From positions 2,852,001 through 2,916,000 of the forward strand of contig OY740802.1 in NCBI GenBank assembly GCA_963514005.1: a stretch of DNA of 64,000 nucleotides. Direction: 5' to 3'. A program made the position numbers and the translations under genes. This DNA is from Raja brachyura. Taxonomy: Eukaryota. The first letter of the stretch is position 1. Every line of letters begins with the position of its first letter. The notes under the pieces are model-generated. The model saw only the letters and a list, made by a program, of their open reading frames with translations, was not told where the DNA came from and made no database searches. Positions 52,150 through 63,990 of the stretch are shown in pieces.

Positions 52150-52555
52150 TTGGTGTGTAAAATTAAAATGGATTTAGACTCCTGGTGCGTAAAATTAATT
52201 TGGAGTAAGACCCCTTGGTTAAGTTAACCTGGAATAAGACCCATTGGATAGCCACAACATGCAACAGTAACTCAGCAAAGACAGGCAGCACCTCTGGAGA
52301 GAAGGAATGAGTGACATTTCTGGTTGAGACCCATCTTCAGACTGTGAGTCAGTGGAGAGGGAGACACAGAGATAAGGAAGGGTAAGGTGTGAAAACGAGA
52401 CATCAAAGGGGATGCAGCTCAAGGAAAATAAAGCTAACTTGGAGTAAGACCCCTTGGTGTGTAAAGTTAATCAGGTGTAAAACCCACTGGTGTGTAAATT
52501 TAATCTGGAATAAGGTTCCCTGGTGTGTAAAGCTAACCTGAAGTGGACCCTTAGT
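52150..52555. repeat. ~32-bp degenerate minisatellite interrupted by a PLE repeat
   Basis: tggtgtgtaaa(g/a)ttaa(c/t)ctggagtaagaccc units; related unit at ~51522-51570. Confidence 0.75.
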
Positions 52556-53244
52556 GGATCAAGAGTGTTTTCATTGTCAAATGTAAAATAAATGGTGTCA
52601 CATTTGGATGCTGAATTCTAACATACTATGTCGGCAGCTCACCCCTCGTGCAGAACCGCTCACGGTCCCATATCATAGTAATGAGTACGAGCTATTTACC
52701 TGTGTTTAGATGGAGAGACAAGACACTGCAATGCTGATTTACAAAAAAAAAGACACAAAGTGCTGGAGTAACAGCGGGTCAAGCAGCATCTCTAGAGAAC
52801 AAGGACACGTGATGTTTCGAGTTGAGACCCTTCTGAACAAGGATCAGTGAAGAAGGGTCCCGACCTGAAATGTCACCTATCCATGTTTTCCAGAGATGCT
52901 GCCTGACCCGCTGAGTTACTCCAGCACTGTGTCTTTTTTAACCTAGGTTTAGATATCGATTGCTTTAAATATATATATTTTTTGGCATATATTAAATCAA
53001 TTTAAGCATTATGCCAATGTATTAAGAAGCAACAAAACCAATGACCATACAGTTTTTGTTTCAAAACAATATAGTTTAGTTATTTTATAATGTGATTTAC
53101 GAGACAAAATTTAAATGTTTGTTTGTGATATATCAATTTTTTCATTGAACTTCAGATTTCCCATCTTAGTTATGCCAAATAAAATATTTTATGTAACATT
53201 AAAAATCAGTTACATCTTATGCAACTTTAAAAATCGATTAAAAT

Positions 53245-53720
53245 TCAAGATTCAAGAAAGTTTATTGTCATGTGTCCCAGATAGGACAATGAAATTCTTG
53301 CTTTGCTTCAGCATAACAGAATATAGAAGCCCTGAATACAGAACAGATCAGTGTGTCCATATACCATTGTATGAATATATACACACATGAATAAAGAAAA
53401 CAGATAAAGTGCAAATAAACCGATAATGGGCTATTAATGTTCAGAGTTTTGTTTGAGTTGAGTTCAATAGCCTGATGGCTGTGGGGAATAGCTATTTCTG
53501 AACCTGGTCGTTGCTGTCTTCAGGCTCCTGTACCTTCTACCTGAAGGTAGCGGGGAGATGAGTGTGTGGCCAGGATGGTGTGGGTCCTTGATGATGCTGC
53601 CAGCCTTTTTGAGGCAGCGACTGCGATAGATCCCCTCGATGGTAGGGAGGTCAGAGCCGATGATGGACTGGGCAGTGTTTACCACTTTTTGTAGTATTTT
53701 CCGCTCTGCTCTGCCCAATT
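53245..53720 (-). mobile_element. Rex1-like LINE 3' fragment
   Basis: ERKILQKVVNTAQSIIGSDLPTIEGIYRSRCLKKAGSIIKDPHHPGHTL..LPSGRRYRSL. Confidence 0.85.
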
Positions 53721-56193
53721 GTATGGGTTAAAGGAAGTTTTATGTTTATTGCTTATGTTTAGGCAAAAATTTGAACTGAATCTTGGATCATAACTTCCCT
53801 CAAGATATCTGAGCAATGTTTGCCTACAATGTACCCGAATTAACCTTAAAATGTAAACTCGGTTGTGACAAAAACAGCACATATCAATTATCATGATTTA
53901 GTTAAGTTAGTGAGCTTCTTTCATTTTAATTTGACCATATTTGGAATTTCATATTGATGAAGTCACCCTGTGTCTCGGTTCCTGCATTGTGAACACCACC
54001 ATCGTAAGTGGAACTCTGGGCTTTCTTGTCATTCCCACTGTACCTATTCGATCAACTGACTCCACAACGTGCTGGAGGAACTCAGTGGGTCGGGCAGCAT
54101 CTGTGGAGGGAATGGACAGACAACGTTTTGAGTTGGTACCCTCCCCCATAGTTTCCTTTTCTGCCCTCCCCAAGTCTCCGAAGCCAAGCTGCTGCCTGAC
54201 CCACTTGCCCCATTGCCTTCTCCAAGGTCATCTCATCAATGGGACCCAGCTTCCTTGACCCAGCGGCCGCCAAATTACTAACCACTCAGTTTGCTGAACT
54301 GGCATAGTGTTAGCTCACATTACCAACCGCTTTTTCTTCTCAGATGCCATCTTATCTCATTCAAAACACCTTCCGCAGGGGGTTGCTAGGTTCACTGTCA
54401 AACACAAACAATAGACTCTACATAGCAACGTGGATTAAGTGAGCTCTGTGAGCTAACTGTAATAATGTAGCTCAAATCCGTTCACACACACAAGTATGTT
54501 TACAAACCGTCATCTTATATTTCTATTGTAAAATACAAATTTATACACTGTTATTAATCCCATCATTATTTTTTCTGAGAAACCTCAATGGGAATTGAAT
54601 GTTTCTATTGGTTTGTCCTTTCATTATTTTCTGCTTAACTGAAATAATTTGTAACCTTGAGCAGTTCCCTGAAGAAGTAATTTGTTAAATTGTTAATCCA
54701 AGAGAAATGGCGATAATTTGTCATGGATTACTGCTTTTCATGTCTTGAGAGTTTCTCAACGCAATAAGTAATCAGTTAAGCACTGTTGAAATGTAACTTA
54801 CTCAATAAGTACATCAATAGAACACACAACCCCGTTGAGATAACGGGGAGATAACCTATTTACGACATTCAGGAATATAAATCTAGGACTCTCGACTTCC
54901 CTCTTCAAACAGTATCAGTGAATCTTTTAGATCCCCAAACAAAATAACAAAGTACTGCAGTAACTCAACGGGTCAGGCAGCATCTCTGGAGAACATTTCA
55001 AATTAAGACTCTTCTTCAGGCTGATTGTAGTGGATGGGTCCCAACCCGAAACGTTGCCTATCCACGTCCTCCAGCGATGCTGCCTGACCTCGATGTGTTA
55101 TTTCAGCACTTTGTGTTTTATGCAGGATTCCAGCATTTGCAGTTCCTTGTGTCTCCAAACAGAAGATAGACACAAAAGGCTGGAGTAACTCAGCGGCTCA
55201 GGCAGCATTTCTGGAGAAAAGAAAAAGGTGGCGTTTCGGGTCAAGACCCTTCTTCAGACACAGAATTGGTTTAACATCTTAATATTCATTGCATATTGCT
55301 TAATAGTTTTGCTTCACAGACCCAATCCAAATGAAGACCCAATCCTCCAACGTGAATCAGTTTCTGCTGGGAGTGAGAACTTTAATGAGTTTGACAGAAT
55401 GTGAGTTGATGTTCTAGGAAGGAACTGCAAATGCTGGTTTAAACCAAAGATAGACACAAAATGCTGGAGTAACAGGCAGCATCTCTGGAGGGAAGGAATG
55501 GCTGACGTTTCGGGTCAAGACCCTTCTTCAGTGAGTTGAGATGGATGGATGCAAAGCATGGAGGAACTCTCCTGGTTTGTCATTCGCACTTGAGAAAACA
55601 CAAGGTTTTGGAGGGATCACAACAGGCAGTTTTAGAAAATATGTGGGCATGTCCACCAATGAAATATTACCAGATTCTTGCTTCGAATATTAATGTCTCC
55701 TGGGTTATTAATGCAAATCACATCCTCAATATATACATTAAAAGCCCACATGTTTAAACAATTACATGTAATGCTGTAAGATTTATGAAGTAAATGCAGT
55801 CTGTTTAGAAAACCAGCACAGAACTTGTCACATCTGATCATTTATCCCACAATGACCCCACCTGCCAACACGTGGATTTTTTTTTCCTAAAACTCTCAGG
55901 TCTTTCTTCTAAACCTTTCCTATCCATGTACCTGTCCCAATGTATTATAAATATATAGTCCTTGCCTTAACTACCCCCTCTGGCAGCTCCTTCCATAAAC
56001 CCCCCCCGGGTGAAAAGTTATCCCTCGGGTTTGATTAAATCTTGTTCCTTCCACAATGCACATATAGCCTCTTGCTGTCGATTTCCCTACCCTAGGCAAA
56101 ACAAGAGTGATTTCCACAGGTTATACGTGGTAAAACTGTCTACACTGGTTATTCCGGATCTCTTTAGAACGGATCTCAGTGTGAGCGGACTAA

Positions 56194-56616
56194 AGGGCCT
56201 GTCCCACTTGAAGATTTTTTTCGGCGACTGCCGGCATCATTGACTGACGTTTAAGAAGGAACTGCAGATGTTGGAAAATCGAAGGTAGACAAAAGTGCTG
56301 GATAAACTCAGCGGGTGAGGCAGCATCTATGGAGCGAAGGAAATAGGCAACGTTTCGGCCTGAAACGTTGCCTATTTCCTTCGCTCCATAGATGCTGCCT
56401 CACCCGCTGAGTTTCTCCAGCATTTTTGTCCACCTTCATTGACTGACGTATCAGGCCACTGAACATTTGTAGCGTGACAACGTATGACGAGCGGTGTTTT
56501 TTCAAGTGTCGCAACATTTTTTTGTCGCCGCTGGATTTTGAAATGTTCAAAGTCTTTCGGGACACTGATATGACGCTGGCAGTCGCCGAAAAAAATCGGC
56601 AAGTGGGACAGGCCCT
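56194..56616. mobile_element. Harbinger-type MITE containing a nested fold-back PLE insertion (56251-56435)
   Basis: TIRs agggcctgtcccacttg / caagtgggacaggccct, flanked by TAA/TAG. Inner 14-bp TSD tcattgactgacgt (56237-56250, 56436-56449). Confidence 0.9.
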
Positions 56617-56842
56617 TAGATCTGTTTGTGACTGTTCTTTTGTATTGGGAACAAAGGACCAAGTTCCTGCTTCACGGAGTGACCACTAGGTGGCTGCAGC
56701 AAATCTTGTCTCTGTGTTTACTGCCCCTCAGTGTCAGAGCGTGGTTGTGCACTCACATTATTATCTATTTTATATTTCAGTATTACGTATTTTACATCCT
56801 TTCCTTTTTATTTTGTATCATGTTTAGTGTTTTTGAATAAAT

Positions 56843-57375
56843 TCCCAGGGTTGTGAATCTGTGGAATTCTCTGCCACAGAATACAGTGGAGCCAATTCGT
56901 TGGATGTTTTCAAGAGAGAGTTAGATTTATGTCTTAGGGCTAAAGGAATTAAGGGATATGGGGTACTGATTTTGGATAATCAGCCATGATCACATTGAAT
57001 GGCATTGCTGGCTCGAAGGGCTGAATGGCCTACTCCTGCACCTATTTTAGAAAGCACAGAAAACATAGAAAATAGGTGCAGGAGGAGGCCATTCGGCCCT
57101 TCGAGCCAGCACCGCCATTCATTGTGATCATGGCTGATCGTCCCCTATCAATAACCCATGCCTGCCTTCTCCCCATACCCCTTGATTCCACTAGCCCCTA
57201 GAGCTCTATCTAACTCTCTCTTAAATCCATCCAATGACTTGGCCTCCACTGCCCTCTGTGGCAGGGAATTCCACAAATTCACAACTCTCTGGGTGAAAAA
57301 GTTTTTTCTCACGTCAGTCTTAAATGACCTCCCCTTTATTCTAAGACTGTGGCCCCTGGTTCTGGACTCGCCCAA
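56843..57375. mobile_element. Two CR1 3' ends, tail to tail (+ then -)
   Basis: CR1 tail on + to ~57048 and on - from ~57060 (GESRTRGHSLRIKG). Confidence 0.85.
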
Positions 57376-57539
57376 TGTTTCTATTGTTTATTGTCTGTTT
57401 TTCCAATACTGTGCATATTATCCTAAAGTTGTAGGACAACTTGTCCTATTTGATCTTATTTGATTGTGCACGCCGGGTTGATTGCATTCGTTGAAACAGG
57501 GCGGACCACGGGAAGGTTGCAATCTCCCACCCCAAGGCA

Positions 57540-59260
57540 TTAATGAATTTTGTCAACAGACAACGGACAATTAAATACTTAGTTTCAACAGCTTAACAAA
57601 CCCAATAATTAACTCAATAATACCAAAAAATATAATAGTAAAAAAATTAAATAAACAGATAATCAGTGCAAAACACTCAAGTCTGTAGTGGAACCAAAAA
57701 CACAGTCCATAGAAGTTCACAGTTGCTGAGGTTAATGTTGTGTTGTTTTCAAGAGCCTGATGGTTGCTGGGAAGAAGCCGATCTTCAACCTGGTCATTGT
57801 TTTTACATGCTGCTATTTATATAACAGTTTTTATTTGATTAAAAGATATGTATTACTTAAATGATACCAGGTGCAATTTTTGCTTCTCGTATTGTGCAGA
57901 TGCATTATCTTACTTTCCGCTTTACTCACAGACAATATATCATCATACAAGATCTACCACTGTGACCACCTCTTCACTGCAGATTGTCTAATGATCTAAT
58001 TTGAAGCTGTTCCGGAGTCTGGTTGTGCTCGCTTTGAAGCCTCTGGACCTTCTGCCCGATGGGAGCTGGGACAAGAAGGAACCTTTGGTTATGTTGGCTG
58101 CTTTCCCGAGGCAGCGTGAAGTGTAGATGGAGTCGATGGTGTAGAATCTGGTCTGTGTGGTGGACTTGCCACAACTTTCTGCAATTTCTAGTGATAAAAG
58201 CAATAATATATTGAAACTACTGAATGTAGAATTTGACGATAGATGGGGGTCAGTGGTAGGGAGTCTGGTCTATATGATGGATTGAGCAGAACACACTGCA
58301 ATTTCCTGCGATACAGAATGCACGTATTGCCAACTTACTTATCATCCCATGTCTGGAGATATTCCCATACCTGCAGTGAATCAAATGGGTTTACATTCAC
58401 CCAGGTAGGTCTCACAGCTTCACTGGTGAACTTGCCATTTTTAAATATCACTATTGCCAAACTCTCCATTTAATGGTTCCAATGTATACATTGTTATAGA
58501 GTCATAGAGTCACACAGCATGGAAACAGGACCTTCGGCCCAACCTGCCCATGCCGACCAAAATGCCCCATCCAAGCTCGTCCTATTTGCCCATGTTTGGC
58601 CCATATCCCTCTAAACCTTCCCCATGTATACATTGAAACTATACATTGAAACCACTAAATGTAGATTTTGACAATAGTTATTGAACAAAATGGTAAGTTC
58701 ACCAGTGAAACTGTGGGACCTACCTGGGTGAATGTAAACCCATCTTCTTCACTGAGAGTTTGGGAATATCTCCAGGTGTGTGATGATAAGCAAGTTTTAG
58801 GATCTTGAGTGATGATATTTGGTATGTGGGTAAAATGGAGAATAAGCAACTACAACCGTGAATGCATGAAGTCAAATTCTGGTGTTCTGAAAATGAATAG
58901 AAAAATATGAGGATCAGAAGTAGAACATTGTACCTGGCATCATTTAAGTAATATACCTTTTAATCAAATAAAGACTGGTTTATAAATAGCAGCATGTTAA
59001 AAACCAGGACAAGACCTGAAGACGGTGCCCACCAGGTTCAAGAACAGCTTCTTCCCTGCAACTGCCATGCTCTTGAACACAACACAACACTAACTTCAGC
59101 AACTGTGAGCTTTGATGGACTGCGTCTTTGGTTGCATTGCGGACTTTGGTTTTTTTGCACTGGTATTATGATTATTAATTAATTGAATTTTCTGACTTTT
59201 TCATTTGTGCACCATTGCGTTATTGGTCCTGTTAAACTGCTGCAGGCAATGAATTTTTTA
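57540..59260. repeat. Large diverged inverted repeat centred near 58480-58640
   Basis: Reverse-complement pairs: 57801-57886/58917-59002, ~58335-58490/58640-58795, and flanking LINE tails ~57660-57795/59030-59165. Confidence 0.75.
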
Positions 59261-59888
59261 TGTAGAATATTAACAGCAATCTTTTGAAAGTCAAGGTTTT
59301 GCAATGCGTATTATTGGGCTGTCTGTCAGCATGAGTTGGCTACTCATCTGCTTCACTACGGGGAGGTTACAAGGCTGAGAACTATATTCTGCACTCGGTA
59401 TCTTCCCCTTTGCTCTGTCTATTGTACTTGAGTTTGGATTCATTGTGATTATGTATAGTATTATCTATAGTATTATCTAATTTGAATGGATAGCATGCCA
59501 AGCAAAGCTTCTTACTGTACCTTGGTACACATGATTATCATAAACCTAAACCTAAATGTGGCAATTATAACAGTTGTGGCAGAGTAATAATTAGAGCCAG
59601 GATTTTGCAATGTGGCTTTTCATGCCTTTTTTGATGATTCGCCAGGATAATGCCTTTTTCACGATCGAGTGCCTAAATCAGCTTTTTTTGCCGTTTTGTT
59701 TAAAGGTCGTGTTATTTTCTCTACTTGTACCAATGACATTTTATATGTTAACACATTAATATTAATAAGTTATTATTAACGTGTTAACATAGTATAACTT
59801 ACAAGGAAACTTCCACCACCAGGGTGCCAGCATCGGTCGTTCATTCATTCATGCCGCTGCCCGCTGGTTCAGTCTTCTCCAAGGTCTA

Positions 59889-60178
59889 TTTAAGAAAGAA
59901 CTGCAGATGCGGGAAAAATTGAAGGTAGACAAAAAATGTTGGAGAAACTCAGTGGGTGAGGCAGCATGTATGGAGTGAAGGAATAGGCCACGTTTCGGGT
60001 CGAGACCCTTCTTCAGACTGATGTGGGGGGGGCGGTAAAAGGAAAGGAAGAGGTGGAGACATTATGCCTAGAAGGAGAGCTGGGAAGGGGGAGGGGGAGG
60101 AGGGAGAAGACACGGCTATCTAAAATTAGAGAAGTCAATGTTGATACCACTTTGGTGTAGGCTACCCAAGCGAAATAC
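59889..60178 (-). mobile_element. PLE 3' end (FRLGSLHQSGINIDFSNFR plus hammerhead repeat) nested in the hAT element
   Basis: Same architecture as 40975-41265, in reverse. Confidence 0.85.
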
Positions 60179-60199
60179 CCAAGCTTGTCTCCTCACTAC

Positions 60200-61345
60200 A
60201 TTTACTACTGGCTCCAGTCGCAAATCTGAGTTTTCGAGTGATCTGTGCAAGGCATTCATTGATGCTGGAATTCCACTGTGGAAATTGAAAAACAAATCTC
60301 TCAGAGGTTTTTTAGGGAAATACACAGAGGAACATATACCAAGTGAGTCATCATTACGGAAAAATTATGTTGACAGCAACTTCAACAATGTTGTACTGAA
60401 AATTAGAGATGAAGTTATATGCAACAAAATATGGATGTCAATAGATGAGACAACCGATGCTGTGGGGAGATATGTTGCCAATGTGGTCATCGGCACACTG
60501 GAGGCAGGTCAACCATCAAAGGAGCATTTGTTGACATCGGAAGTATTGGAGAAGTCAAGCAGCTCAACTATTGCTCAGTTGTTTACATCTTCACTTGCTG
60601 TACTTTGGCCAGAAGGTATAAAACACCAGAATGTTCTTCTGTTTGTGATTTAAAGTTTTATTCCCCAAAATGTTGCATTTGACATGCTTAGCTCAAGGAC
60701 TTCATAGAATTGGCAAGCACATACGTAGCTTGTTTGCAAATGTTGATCGCCTAGTTTCCAATGTCAAGGAAATCTTCCTCAAAGCACCGTCACGTGTGCA
60801 GTTGTTCAAGGAAATGGAACCCGAGATTCCACTACCTACTCAGCCCGTTTTGACTAGGTGGGGTACATGGGTCTCTGCTGTACTCTACTATGCTGCAAAT
60901 TTTGAAAAGATAAAATAAATCGTCAACTGTTTTGAAGAAGAAGAATCTGCTGCAGTCAGGATCATATTGAAATCATGCAGGAAAAGTCCCTCCACCACGA
61001 TCTTGTGTTTATTGCTTCCAATTTTGCGAACTTCCCACAAGCTATCACTTCCCTTGAGAAACGTGGCGAAATATTAGTGAATAACTTGCAGGTTTTCAAC
61101 AAAGTAGCTGACGATATTCGTAAAGTTCCTGGCGATGTAGTTAAAGACGTACAAGGAAAATGTGAGAGAGTGATTTTAGCTAACAAAGATCTTGAAGAAA
61201 TAGAAAACATAGCTAAAGTTCTCAAAGGTAGTTGTAATGCACAAGATATCCCCATGAATATAGAGTCTGCAGCTTGTTTCGGGTATGCACCAGTGACCTC
61301 AGCTGAGGTGGTAAGAAGTTTTTCACAGCTGAAACATATTTTCTG
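60200..61345 (+). pseudogene. hAT transposase pseudogene (stops and frameshifts)
   Basis: DLCKAFIDAGIPLWKL..IPSESSLR; SIDETTD (first catalytic D); HLTCLAQGLH (CxxH-like); PVLTRWGTW; PVTSAEVVRSFS (dimerisation region, ER->VR). Confidence 0.9.
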
Positions 61346-61679
61346 TCAGACAAAAAAAATGCGAGTATTTATATGCAACCAGGCAACTTTGGTAATTTAA
61401 TGTAGTATACCCTTATATTATCATTTTTAACCATGTTTTGGCGGTGTGAATAAATGCCTTTTTATGCCTTTATTTGTCCATAAATGTCTTTTTTGTGCCT
61501 TTTTTGTACTTTTATTATGCCTTTTTGCCTGCCTATTTCAGAGTTTTTTAGTGCCTAAACATCCTGGCTCTTGTAATAATGATTACCCGTCACTGTTACT
61601 TATCTTGTATTTACAATCTACTTGTTGATTGGAAATGCTAGTTGCAATTAATAAGGTTAGTTTTCGTGGAGTCATTGAG

Positions 61680-62750
61680 TCACACAGCATGGAAACAGGC
61701 CCTTTGGCCCAACTTGCTCATGCTGACCAAGATGTCCCATCCAAGCTAGTCCAATTTGCTCATGTTTGGCCCATATCCTTCTAAACCTTCTACACTGACA
61801 ACTTCTAAACCTTCTACATTCACAACAATCTACACTGACAACTTCCATATGCTCACCACCATTTGAGTGAAAAAGTTGCCCCTCAGATTCTTATTAATTC
61901 TTGCCCCTCTCATCTTAAATCTATGTCTTCTGGCCCTTGATTCCCCTGTTCAGGGTAAAAGACTCTCTGCATTCACCCTATCTATTCGCCTTATGATTTT
62001 ATACACTTCTATAAGATCACCTCTCATCCTCCTGCACTCCAAGGAATAAAGTTCGAGCCAACACAACCTTTCCCTATAACGCAGTCTCTCAAGTCCTGGC
62101 AACATCTTCTTAATCTTCTCTGCACTCTTTCCAGCTCCAGGTCATTTATTGATGTTTTGGAAAAATGCAATAAATGCAAAAATTTATAGTTATAAATAAT
62201 CATTGAAAATATTATAGGTTGAGAAAAAATGCTGGAGAAACTCAGCGGGTGAGGCAGCATCTATGGAGAGAAGGAATAGGCGACGTTTTGGGTCGAGACC
62301 CTTCTTCATTATTACTATAAACTATTATTTGAAGGTTGCACTTGCAGTCCAGTGTGTGAGATCTGATGTATCTGGATCCTGTCAGGTGAAGTCAGGAGAT
62401 ATAAAATCTTGAGAGGAAAAGATTGGGCAGATGCACAGAGTCTCGTGCCCAGAGTAGGGGAATTGAGGACCAGAGGACATAGGTTCAAGGTGAAGGGGAA
62501 AATATTTAATAAGAATCTGAGGGGTAACTTTTTCACACAAAGTGTGGTGGGTGTATGGAACAAGCTGTTAGGGGAAGTGGTTGAGGCTGGGACTATCCCA
62601 ATGTTTAAGAAGCAGTTAGACAGGTACATGGGTAGGACAGGTTTGGAGGGATATGGACCAAGCACAGGCAGGTGGGACTAGTATAGCTGGGACATGTTGG
62701 GCAAGTTGGGCCGAAGGTCCTGTTTCCACACTGTATCATTCTATAACTCT
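61680..62750. mobile_element. CR1 fragments (- then +) with a PLE repeat between
   Basis: KLPLRFLL..(antisense) and PRVGELRTRGHRFKVKG motifs. Confidence 0.8.
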
Positions 62751-63990
62751 AAGTTATTACTGGAATTATTGATGTCTGAGGTGAGTACTCCAGATTGCCA
62801 AGTGCACCTCATCACTTAATCATCATTGAGAAGACTAATGGGCTTGTCCCACTTAGGCGATTTTTTCCGGCAACTATCATAGTGACTATGGATGTACTCG
62901 CTCAAAGTATATGGGTTATTGAGGGTGGACAGGGAACAATTCAACATAGAGTCAGAGGCTTGTAGAGCATGGAAACATGCCGTTCATCCCAACATGCCCA
63001 TGCTGACCAAGATGCTCCTTTTAACCCTGTGCCACTTGCCTCCATTTGGCCCATGTCCCTCTAAACCTTTCCGATCCATGTACAATAGACAATAGGTGCA
63101 GGAGTAGGCCATTCGGCCCTTCGAGCCAGCACCGCCATTCAATATGATCATGGCTGATTATCCCCAATCAGTACCCCGTTCCTGCCTTCACCCCATATTC
63201 CCTGACTACGCTATCTTTAAGACCATGTACCTGTCCAAGCATCTTTTAAATGTTGTTATTGTACCTGCCTCGAGTGTACGGCAGCTCGTTCCATATCCCA
63301 CCACCTTCTGTGTGAAACCGGTTGCCCTCAGGTTCCTATTCAATCTTTCCCCTATTAAAACTTCCTGATTTAGAGCAATGGGAAATGTTTCCCCTCTGAG
63401 AAAAAGGTATTAACAGCTGGGCATTAAAAAAAAACACTTCGTTTTATGTATTTTTGTGAATAGCTTGGACAAATAAAGTTTGCTTCTCATAAGTGGTCCT
63501 TCGAATTGGTTTGGATTATAAATGTGGACCTCCCTGCTATATAGTCGAATACCACTGCTGTGATCCAATTCGTATTTTACTGCAGGAGAGTAAGTTTAAT
63601 TTTTTTTTAATAAATACAGAACAGCAAATATTTATCCAAACATTAAATTGCAAGCACTGATTCTTTAAACTTTTCGATGATATGAATGATCACATTGAGA
63701 ATTCGCAGGGAGACACAAAATGCTGGAGTCACTCAGCGGAACGGGCAGCATCTCTGGAGAGAAGGAATGGGTGACTGAAAATTCACAGAGCAGTTTTGTA
63801 GATGCAGCCAGATTGTAATAAAATAGTGCGTACAAGCAACTGCTTCACAAAACGGATCAAAGAGCCTCAATTTCCCTCCTGGGATAAATAAAGTTCTATC
63901 GTATCGTAAAGCAATCATGATGGAGAAATCTGAAGGAAAGAACTGCAGTTGCTGGTTTAAACCGAAGATAGACATAACATGCTGGAGTTA

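Larger units (their letters stand above)
59592..61572 (+). mobile_element. hAT DNA transposon with decayed transposase (CGGBP1/DUF659-like group)
   Basis: TIR TAGAGCCAGGAT...ATCCTGGCTCTT, exact 8-bp TSD GTAATAAT (59584-59591, 61573-61580), tgcct subterminal repeats. Confidence 0.92.

Noticed and set aside
52150-52555. CRISPR-like ~32-bp periodicity
   Set aside because: Units are adjacent and degenerate with no unique spacers, there are no cas genes, and the context is vertebrate.
56194-56616. miRNA precursor hairpins suggested by mirror-image ORFs on both strands
   Set aside because: The symmetry is fully explained by MITE TIRs and the nested PLE fold-back; no small-RNA evidence is available.
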